A stretch of DNA of 57,538 nt, filler included, from Sphacelaria rigidula (lineage: Eukaryota): assembly GCA_964200075.2 (NCBI GenBank). It is 6 parts of 6 records of this genome, joined end to end, with 100 filler letters (N's around TTAATTAATTAA, not from the genome) between each part and the next. Parts side by side here need not be neighbours in the genome. Positions count along the whole stretch, not along the records: positions 48,034 to 57,538 come from CAXNAA020008338.1; 5 more parts are not named here. One strand, written 5' to 3'. Position 1 is the stretch's first letter. The number at the start of each line of letters is the position of its first letter. The notes under the pieces are model-generated. The model was not told the origin of the DNA. It was given only the letters and a program-made list of their open reading frames with translations, and made no database searches. A program made the position numbers and the translations under genes. Positions 48,677 through 57,538 of this stretch are shown one piece after another.

Positions 48677-49098
48677 AACAATGGATTCTCGACATTGGGG
48701 TTGAAAAAAAATGAGGTTCAACTCAAAAGCCGTGCTTTCCCTGACCAAAATGTATGACAAATGACTTTCATATCGACCACCCCATCCCTACCGACCTCCC
48801 TAAAAACATATCGGGGGATTTGTAGCGTTCCATTCCCCCAAAGGGTATGTGCGAAAGCACATTTTTGTCTCGATTTCGGGGTGAAAAAGGACGTTTTTTG
48901 TCCCCAAAATCGTGTTTTCGCACATACCCTTTGGGGGAACGGAAGGCTAGAAATCGCTCGAAATAGTTTAAGGGAGGTCGGGAGGGATGGGGTGGTCCAT
49001 ATAAAAAGCCATTCGTCATTCATTTAGGTCAGGGAAAGCACGGCTTTTGAGTTGAACCTCATTTGTTTTTTCAACTCCATGTTCGAGAATCCGCTGTC
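48677..49098. mobile_element. ~420-bp foldback MITE with ~180-bp arms
   Basis: ggattctcga...aatgaggttcaactcaaaagccgtgctttccctgacc is mirrored by ggtcagggaaagcacggcttttgagttgaacctcatt...tcgagaatcc. Confidence 0.9.
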
Positions 49099-49370
49099 AT
49101 CTACTGGAAGATACATATTCTCCCACACAATTGGCTCCATAATATGAAAAAGGAATAACGCTGGTTTATTTTCGACTTGCGTCACCCACGGGAGGCCAGT
49201 ACCAACCTCGCGAAGGGGAGCCTTGTATTATATAGCATCTATATAATAACATAATTATATAATATAGTATATGCTGCCCTTGATGAATATTCATGTATAT
49301 AATTATATAATATATAAATATATTGTGTATAATGTATAAAATATAGTATATGTTAAGGAAAAGAAGCCTA

Positions 49371-49663
49371 CACGGGTGGCCACTGGGGTCTGTAACCTGG
49401 CCATTTTGGGACCTTATCCACCTTTGGCAAGGTCCGCGGGTTGGGTAGACAACTGAAGAGCATTCGCACAGCATGGACAGGTTCGAAATAAAGCATGTTC
49501 GAGTCTACAGGGGGGTCACCCGCCTATAGACTGGGACATGTTTTGTTTCGATCCTGTCCATGCTGTGCGAATGCTCTTCAGTTGTCTACCCAAGTCGCGG
49601 ACCTTGCCAAAGGTGGATAAGGTCCCAAAATGGCCAGGTTACAGACCCCAGTGGCCACCCGTG
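49371..49663. mobile_element. 293-bp near-perfect palindromic MITE with TA TSD
   Basis: cacgggtggccactggggtctgtaacc...ggttacagaccccagtggccacccgtg; the arms pair to a ~4-nt loop near 49517. Confidence 0.93.
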
Positions 49664-49915
49664 TATGTGTAATATAGACCGATAATATTGACCTATATTT
49701 TATGGTACATGATATATGTGTGGTAATATTGGAAAGCAGAGCAGGCCATAACCCAAGATGGGCGAATATGTGCCCCGCTGGTCCTGGTTTCGGCTCGTTA
49801 TATCAAACAGTAGGTTTCCCTCGCACACGGCACTTGTGAACAGCAGTACAGCTGTTATTGAAAGTAAGCACCGAGCTCCTTCGATAAAAGGAAACACCAA
49901 TTGACACCAAGAGAT

Positions 49916-50377
49916 TATGATACACGTTACTCACTTCTTGAGAACGGCTTGCCAGCCAGGAAGATGAGACGCCGCGTAGAGCAGATGAAAAGATGGTGGT
50001 CCTTCTTGTGATTAGTTCTACGGTAAGTCCTTCTCAGGCAGGTGAGACGCAAGTGGGCTTCGTGGGCGATGGTGCTCACGATTACCCTCAAAGCTCATAG
50101 CTACGCATACAATCTTGTCATATACATACAAATCAGCATGACGCACTGTACCTCAAGCCAATCAAAGCTGTAGTAGCAGCAGGTACACGCGGCTAATCGG
50201 GTACAATCCTCATCCGACTCCTGGGGCAAGATCAACGCTTCAATAATACAATTTTATGTAAACACAAGCACACATTCGACTCGAATCTCGGGTTCATACC
50301 CGCCGGCCGTTTCTGGGGACCATTGGCAATTCCCAAAAAACTAGTTTAATTCACGCACTCGGTCATTTACCATCACA
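49916..50377 (-). repeat. Putative 3' LTR of the second Gypsy element
   Basis: On minus, purine-rich agggtgggctaa is followed by tgtgatggt; far boundary uncertain; the partner LTR is not in this contig. Confidence 0.4.
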
Positions 50378-53003
50378 TTAGCCCACCCTGGATCGTCCAA
50401 GTGCAGTCACTTTTCAAAAGGGACGAACTTGCATCGAGCCTCACCTCTCCCTCACCACAGAAAACTGAGACTCCATTTGAAGATCGAGTCCTCTTTGGTA
50501 CGGGGAACGGGAAGAGGCGATCAACACAAGAAACAAAAAATACATACACAAGCACAAAGCAAAGAGAGTGAAAAATCGAACCGGTACAATGATTCGGTGT
50601 CCTCATGTTCCGTGAGCTCTTCAGACGGGGTCATGGGAATCCAAAAAATGAAATAAAATAAAAAATAAGACCCAAAACCAACAATCAAACCATATACCAC
50701 AAAATGTAGTGTCTCCAGAATGTCGTAAGCATTTCCGTGATTGGTACAGGAAATCAGAGACCAATCATTGAAACGATTATCCTACCCTGCCATAACTATA
50801 TCATAAATAAATAGTTCACTCTTTTCCGAATGTCCGATTTGTTTTGGGTCATTGGTAGAAAAACAAGCAAGCCTGCCAAGGCAATATATCACTTCGATAA
50901 CCAAGTTCATGCTAATCACTCGCCCCAGTCAATCAGCAAAAGCAAACAACGTACAGCCGAGTTCGTCGCGGAAATGGTAGTTTCCCGCGAAAACCATACG
51001 TTGATAAAAAAACCAAATAGAATGATACGGATAAATCAACCCGTTTGACGTGAGTTAATTGTCGGTACATGTTTTTGAGAACAACGACTTGCTTGGGACG
51101 TCTGGTTGATGATCCAGTCGTACAACATTTTTTTTTCTTTCTCACACGACGATACGAAAACAACTGACCGGTTCATGAGGTCAGGTGTCCGTACACGTAA
51201 AAAAAAACGTGGTGGACAATACACAACCTTCGCGCCTACTACGTAGTTCCGAGGCGGATTACTTAACACATTTCTGAACCACGACAAATACACAAGACAG
51301 AGGACCAACGCAGCCCACTCCTCACAGTATTTGCCCGTTCGGACTAAAACGAGACTGGCCCGAACACAAACTGGAGTAAAACCCACAGCCGGTCGTACCG
51401 TCACGTTACTTCGTCCAATTATCCCTGATAAAAACAAAACACCACCGACCAATTGTACGCAAAAACTGGAAAAGTGACTGGAAAAAATAGCGAGTGGCGG
51501 ACTTTGAGCCTGTAGGCTGTACCGACGGTCGAATATCGACATGGCGAAACGGACAGTTCCGAAAGAGCGATCCACCTCATCATGATACGTGATGGTCCTG
51601 TATGAGGAGACGTTTGCAACCGATCTTGCCGTGACTTCAATAACAATTCTTCAACACCGCTATGTACGACGCGGCCAGTGGTGGCCTCGTTCTAACTAAT
51701 CAATCACCAAAGTATAAATCATCGCGTCGCATTACCCGTGACCCTCCTATAAACGGGTCGGTCACATGCGGCAGGACTCGCAAAACAAAGTAGGACAAGT
51801 GTTCTAGACTCAAGGATCAGGAACGTTGGAACACTCGTGGCGAAATTCCCGACATAGACGCAGAAACCAAAACCAAAATAAACGCAAAACCAGGGGCACG
51901 CTGGGCAACAGCGAAAACGAAAATTCGCATCAAGCAGAAAAACAACACGTGGCAACCGTCCTTGTGAACGGGAGCGGTTATCGTGTGTATGAAGCAAGCA
52001 GAGTCGAAAGTTTCAATCAATAAGGTCAAAACATTTCAGGCATTCGCTTCGGCTACTATCGCCCATGTTAATACAAAACTCAGCGTGGTACGCACTCAAA
52101 AAAGGGAAACGTCAGTACCGATCCTGCCGGAGGAAGTCGTATGCGTGTACGGGGCGGTTGGGCACGAGCGCAATAATTCCAGACGGGGAGGTCAGGTATA
52201 TGCAGCACTTGCTCCTAAAACGCTCAACCGAAAAGACAAAAAATAAAAAAAAATACCGACAACATATGACACAAAAAAGCACGTCATGACCGGTCCCGAA
52301 AAAGGAGGCGGCATTCGCGTGCGGAGCGATGGAGCAAGAGCGCAAGTATTCCAGACGTGGCCGTCAGGTATGGCTAGCGCTTGCTCCGGTAACTCTTCCA
52401 TCAAACCAAACAAATAAAAAATGAAGACCATGTAACAACAAAGCAAGACAAGATGTGCACACAACGAAAACAAATGAAGACATGAATAACTCGTGGCAAC
52501 TGTTCCGGTGGACAGAATGGTTGTGAATGTACGGCGCGGAGGACGGAGATTCAAGGTTCCACACTCGGGGTCAGGAATGGAACGATCGTCACTTCTACTT
52601 AGCCAGATGAACCCAGAAATACCAAAGAAAAGTACCCATTGAACACAAAAATCGAACACAAAGCACGAGGCGAAAAGAAAAGAAGACAAAGGCAAAAAAA
52701 ACGAAAAAAAAACGATAACAACAAGTCAAAACAATTGGCGCAAAGGCAAAGAAAATCGAAGCAAAAAATCAAGGCCAAAGCAACAAAAAACAAACACAAA
52801 AAGTACATATAAAAACAAAAGCCAAATACAAAATACAAAACACGACATGAACCACTACAAGTACGGGGCTAACCAGTACGAAAAAGATGAAGGGGGAAAG
52901 GGGGGGGAACACATGGTTTTGCAACGACGCTATAATGCAAGACAAGCGACTCGAACGCGGTACACTACGCAAGGTGAATGGGGAAGCAGACTCGGATGCG
53001 GCA

Positions 53004-54522
53004 TCATGAGTCATCTGCATCCCAAGCGGTGTCCGTGTTCCGTAGAACGGCTGTTTTGAGTTCGCCTTGGTCGTGTCGTTGGAGGCACCAGGATTCCCTC
53101 CGAGCGGTCGGATCCTCGGTGTAGTACGCATCATCCAAGCGAGTCTTAAGGGGGGTCGGGTCATCAAGGAAACGGATAAAGTAGTAGTGGTCAGATTCAG
53201 GATCGACCAAATTAATTTTTCCCAACCACCACAGTGAATCCAAAGCCTCATACCAAAAATACGCCCCTTGCGGCAATCGTTTTCCGTGAAAACACTGCAT
53301 GTATTGTGAACGCGAAAGAAGTCTATATCCTATCACAACAAACCGCGCTGAGTGTTCACGTGCCAGTTCTCGAGCGGCAGCTCCCTTGCGCATCGACCGA
53401 TATCTCTCATTCAACGGGCGGTGTTGGACGGTATCTCCTACCCAGTTCAGCAATATTTCCCGACGAAAATGACGCAAATCAACCTCACGCTCTCATGTAA
53501 CACGCACGATACCCTGCCAATGTGTCTGATACATGAACGCCATCTTACCTCCACGACCACGAACCAGTTGATGACCCGAAATCCTATATACCTCAACGCG
53601 TTCCAGGGGTGCGTCCGCATCCTCGACCGTCATTTGATACGGCGGAGTTTTGATTGCATACTTGGTCAACACATACTGGCTAAGCCCTACCGGCAGTTGT
53701 TTGGGCATGTCAGAGGAGTCATGAGGGGGAAACACGGTTTGCATCGTAGCATTGAGATGCGATTTTTCGGTTTCAAACCAGGTTCATCCGTGGAAAAATC
53801 TAAATACAATAGTTTCGCTTTTACCGGACTCTTGTCGGGTGCGGTAGCGCTCGGACCAACAGCTAAAATTTTCCAAGGACCAGTCCAATTCAAGGATAGT
53901 TTCGCCTTCAATACTTTATCCAAAGATGATGATTTCGAGCTAGCTCCTTGATTGATGGTCTTCACATCGTTATATACCTATGCCCATTGGCCTACCTTCC
54001 ACACCGGGTGGTTATGCACTACATCATCCAACATCGAGGTTGCCCTGGCCACCTTGGCCAAGTTGATTTGGTTCTGTTCTCGGACCACTTCATATGCAAG
54101 ACGAAGACGATTGCTAACCGAAAAATTATACTCTGCAACATCACGATCCAGACTCTGATGTCCACCTGTATTTTTGCGTTCGAATACCGTTAAAGGTAAC
54201 AAAGGCATGCGTCCAATATGAATTGCATTCGACGACAATCCCGTAGCGGCATTGACTGAATCGTTGTCGTTCATCTGGACAAGGGGCAGTTGCAGATCCC
54301 AGTCCATCTGTCTCTCACTCGCTACAGCAGCAAGTATCTGTGCCATCGTATGCTTCACTCCTTCCGTTCCACCATTGGTGTAAGGGTGATATGAACTAGG
54401 AAAAATGCGATGGGCACCCAAAAGGTCACTGACGGCGGCAGAAAGTTTGCTTAAAAAATGCGGGCCGTTGTCAGATAATAAGCGTTTGGGCACACCCCAC
54501 AGTGGGATGTACATGTAGACAA
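53004..54522 (-). pseudogene. pol: Ty3/Gypsy integrase remnant with GPY/F, chromo-like and Tudor-like C-terminal domains
   Basis: WGVPKRLLSDNGPHF, YHPYTNGGTE, DWDLQLP and NWTGPWKI; then ISGHQLVRGRGGKMAFMYQTHWQG and YFWYEALDSLWWLGKI; stops and one frameshift. Confidence 0.9.
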
Positions 54523-55122
54523 TGTTGGAAATTTACACAGCCCGCAATCTAGCTGTATATCTTTTGTGTGAGGTTTTACTCTGTAGCAGATTAGCGGGTC
54601 AATACGTCTCGATTCAACTAGGAACCACCCAATATTGACCAAAGGTTCAAGTACTGTTTCTTCTGTAGATACTTGAGTTCAATGTCCTGTCAGATTCACC
54701 ACGTAAGCTTGTAGAACAAGGCAGTGTGCTGCCATTGTTTGAGAGTGCTGTAGCTTGAGTAATAACCCAGTCTGTGAACTGGCAAACCAACACGTCAGAG
54801 TCAAGGACGTGTTTCAGCCTACGTACGTGTAGAGCTTTGTTTTTTGTTCCAAGGATTGAGCAATTATAGTCGGTGGTCCTCACTGCCCCCTACGGTCACT
54901 CTCCTTCACTACCATCAGCTCTCCGCTTTGAGAGGAAACTGCGAGTTCTGCTTTTGTTGCCCAAATAAGCGCCCAATCAACCATTCGTCTCACTGATTTT
55001 ATTCTGAAGCTGCGGAAGCAAGTGGTCTAATCAACCACGGTGCAACCTCTGCATACTACTGTTCGCTGAACAGTAGTTGGCCTGTCGTAAGGACAGTGCC
55101 ACGACCACGAATTATTCCAACA
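54523..55122 (+). repeat. 5' LTR (600 bp) of a Ty1/Copia element inserted into the Gypsy integrase
   Basis: tgttggaa...ttccaaca 8-bp terminal inverted repeat, immediately followed by the PBS; Gypsy integrase homology stops at the junction. Confidence 0.9.
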
Positions 55123-55133
55123 GGTTATGAGCC
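55123..55133 (+). promoter_or_regulatory. Primer binding site GGTTATGAGCC (half-tRNA-iMet type)
   Basis: Complementary to the GGCUCAUAACC anticodon stem-loop of initiator tRNA, as in Drosophila copia and yeast Ty5. Confidence 0.85.
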
Positions 55134-55320
55134 TCGATTCGCGACCACGTAGGCCTTCAGGTCATCAGCCTTCGCTTCGAGACTACGTCGGTCAGCACCA
55201 GCGAGGGGACTTCCCATCAAGGTCGTCACGGCAGCTAAAAGGTGAGAAGAGTCCTATCTTCATATTTCTTTTTTGATCAAGGTTTTAGGTGTGATACATT
55301 CTCACACATAGTGTAACAAG

Positions 55321-56895
55321 ATGAATAATCAAGGAGAGCCATCTGTTGCACAGCTCATCAGGAGCCTCAGGAAATTCGACGGAACAAATTTCCTCGAATG
55401 GAAGCGCGGCACGCGCGCAATGATTTCCTTCACACATCCTGGGATTTCGGATATTATGAATGTAGGTAAACGTCCCGCGGAAATTTTTGATGACGTGGAG
55501 CACATTCAAGGTGCTCAATCACCTCCAGTTGCAAGACCCATGTCAAGATCAACTCCGCCACACACCCGCTCCCAAGGAACCGCGCCGTCTTCATCAGAAG
55601 AGGCAGCCGAAACAAGTGATCCAGTTGGGGACCCGCTGGTTGGCAGCGGAGTGGACTTCTCTCGGGACGATACATATGTAACAGTTGTGGTGAACAGATC
55701 TGAAGTTGATGATTGGGATCGTTGCAACGAACAGTTGTTCAACACATTATACTTGACAACTACAGGCCCAGCGGGGAGTTCTCTACTTCGCTTCGAGCCG
55801 AAGGGCCATGCAAGACCGGATGGCAAAATTGCATGGGAGGCACTGGTCGGTAAATACAAAAACTCTTCGAAGCAAAGGCGGCGTATTCATATGCGTCAGC
55901 TAGATAACATCAAGATGTCACCTGGCCAAGATCCTGACGTGTTTTTGACCAAGATTTATGAACTACGTGATCAGCTGGTGTACATGGGTGAGCCCATTTC
56001 AGACGATAGACTTACGGACATCGTGGTGGAAGGCTTAATAGATGAATACGACAGGATAAAGTATGATGCGGAGCGTGACCCAGACTTCAGCATCTCCGAC
56101 ATCGAAGTAACAATGAGGAATATGCATTCAAATCGCGTCGCACGCGGAATTTTGTCGAGGGGAGTACGCGGGCGTGATTCCGCCATGATAGCGGCATTGC
56201 CGCTCGATTCATCTGCAACACCCTCAAGATTCGCTGCAAAATGTTATTCCTGCGGTAGACCAGGACACTTTTCGCGTAACTGTCGTTCTGAAAGACAGTC
56301 CAACAGCAGGAGCAGGTGTGTCAAATGGTGCAGTCTGCATCGTACAGATAAACGTGGCAATTCAGAATGTAAGAATCAAATCGGTAATGGTAGAACGTTC
56401 GAGAACAACGACAGGAACGATAACAACGACAGCAACTGCAACAACAATAGAGACAACAACAACATCGACGAACATCAACGCCAAGCAAACACCGTCACAG
56501 TGGATTCTGCATCGACGACAACACCATCCAACATCCAAGTTCGAGAGACTAGCGGATCGGCAGCACCAACAGCGACTGACACAAGCTCGCCATCAAGCGG
56601 CATGGGCTTTAGCTTTTTTGCTGATCCTGCAGACAAGGACAACACTCGGCTACCGGTGTCGATATCATTCAAGATGGCATGCGACTCCGGGGCCAGTCAT
56701 CATTACATCGACGATCAGCTATTTCCTAATATTGAAGAGGTTATGTTTGATTATGTGAAAGTCGATCCTCCCATGAGAATTCTGACCGCAGGTCGTCATA
56801 ACCTGAGTGGAACAGGAAAGGGAGTACTCCACTCCACCGTCTGTGATCAGCAGGGTAGTCAACAATTAACAGCCGATCCTAGTTTTTGGGGTTGA
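55321..56895 (+). CDS. gag: Ty1/Copia Gag-protease ORF; homology ends near 56868
   Basis: KFDGTNFLEWK; DGKIAWEALVGKY; MSPGQDPDVF..GLIDEYD (copia gag); CYSCGRPGHFSRNC knuckle; MACDSGASHH protease. Confidence 0.92.
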   Translation: MNNQGEPSVAQLIRSLRKFDGTNFLEWKRGTRAMISFTHPGISDIMNVGKRPAEIFDDVEHIQGAQSPPVARPMSRSTPPHTRSQGTAPSSSEEAAETSDPVGDPLVGSGVDFSRDDTYVTVVVNRSEVDDWDRCNEQLFNTLYLTTTGPAGSSLLRFEPKGHARPDGKIAWEALVGKYKNSSKQRRRIHMRQLDNIKMSPGQDPDVFLTKIYELRDQLVYMGEPISDDRLTDIVVEGLIDEYDRIKYDAERDPDFSISDIEVTMRNMHSNRVARGILSRGVRGRDSAMIAALPLDSSATPSRFAAKCYSCGRPGHFSRNCRSERQSNSRSRCVKWCSLHRTDKRGNSECKNQIGNGRTFENNDRNDNNDSNCNNNRDNNNIDEHQRQANTVTVDSASTTTPSNIQVRETSGSAAPTATDTSSPSSGMGFSFFADPADKDNTRLPVSISFKMACDSGASHHYIDDQLFPNIEEVMFDYVKVDPPMRILTAGRHNLSGTGKGVLHSTVCDQQGSQQLTADPSFWG

Positions 56896-57538
56896 ACTAT
56901 AAAATAAGGTTCAACCCGCAAATCGCTCCCGTTGGGAAAATGCCAAACAGTAACACGAAAGGAAGGTGTTTTCCGCCAACACTCCGGAGGAGGAGTTGGG
57001 CAGTTCGGGCTAGGTGCGCCCAACGAAATGCGGTGTACACGCGTGTCGATGGCGATATCACCAGAGAGAGAAGCAACGACAGAGAGAAAGCTCCTCGCCC
57101 GTGCCCTTTGTGTGTTCCCGCTCGGTGATTACCAACTTTCGAGAGACTGGCATCATTGACCTTACCAGCATGCGCCAAATTTTCCACGTCCCGAAACGCC
57201 AAGCTGCGGAGAGTTTCCGTCGTCTCTTCGTCTTGCCTGAGCACCTACCTCATCATCGATGCGAAGATCAGGTTCTCTCTGGCTCTCTTTTTGGACAACA
57301 CGCGCCTCTGTGCGCTGAAGAACATGTCCCTGAAAAACAAGGCAATATTTCCGTCACCGCTACTACTGTTCTCTGTCACACACATGCCCGCAAGGACGGT
57401 GCTGCTGCAATGACAGATAGATATATCCAATATGAACTTAGGGGGTGTTATTCATCGTCGATTGTTCGCCACCCCGACCGGGCGCTTGACCACACGTGAG
57501 TTGGGGGGAGTGCACGAGAGATCAAACACTTGTGAAGA
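56868..57538 (-). mobile_element. Unrelated sequence interrupting Copia pol, possibly a DNA transposon 3' end
   Basis: Copia homology ends abruptly; the minus-strand fragment FFSAQRRVLSKKRARENLIF weakly resembles a hAT C-terminal dimerisation motif. Confidence 0.35.

Noticed and set aside
48718..49027. Similar ORFs on both strands suggesting a gene pair
   Set aside because: A consequence of the foldback palindrome
52192..52838. Hydrophobic membrane or env-like proteins
   Set aside because: Phe/Leu/Cys richness is explained by T-rich low-complexity DNA and appears in several frames

Overview
Eukaryotic, repeat-rich DNA; GT-AG introns and the TE/SINE families point to a stramenopile, most likely a brown alga (inference). 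The window is not one locus. Five identical 100-bp linkers (44 N + TTAATTAATTAA + 44 N) join six contigs of 9508, 9507, 9506, 9506, 9506 and 9505 bp, so these look like size-sorted contigs and adjacency across linkers is meaningless. One host gene can be assembled with consistent splice phases: a minus-strand UBXN11-like p97/VCP adaptor (coiled coil, SEP, SHP box, UBX) at 21540-25025+. A few orphan exons are also visible. The rest is mostly mobile DNA: (1) a two-LTR but decayed chromodomain Ty3/Gypsy element (11136-17405) that lacks its RT catalytic core, has a 12-bp palindrome where the PBS should be, and carries two MITE insertions whose removal restores the frame; (2) a second Gypsy remnant whose integrase tail has a chromo-like plus a Tudor-like domain, interrupted by a Ty1/Copia element with a half-tRNA-iMet PBS; (3) many MITEs: TA-targeting Tc1/mariner-type, TTAA piggyBac-type, 8-bp-TSD hAT-type, foldback elements, and a set of 4-bp-TSD GAG/GAC-ended Sola-like families; (4) tRNA-derived SINEs that share an internal motif. 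I found no CRISPR array, rRNA or intact tRNA. I cannot demonstrate a wholly new biological system; the best leads are listed as findings.
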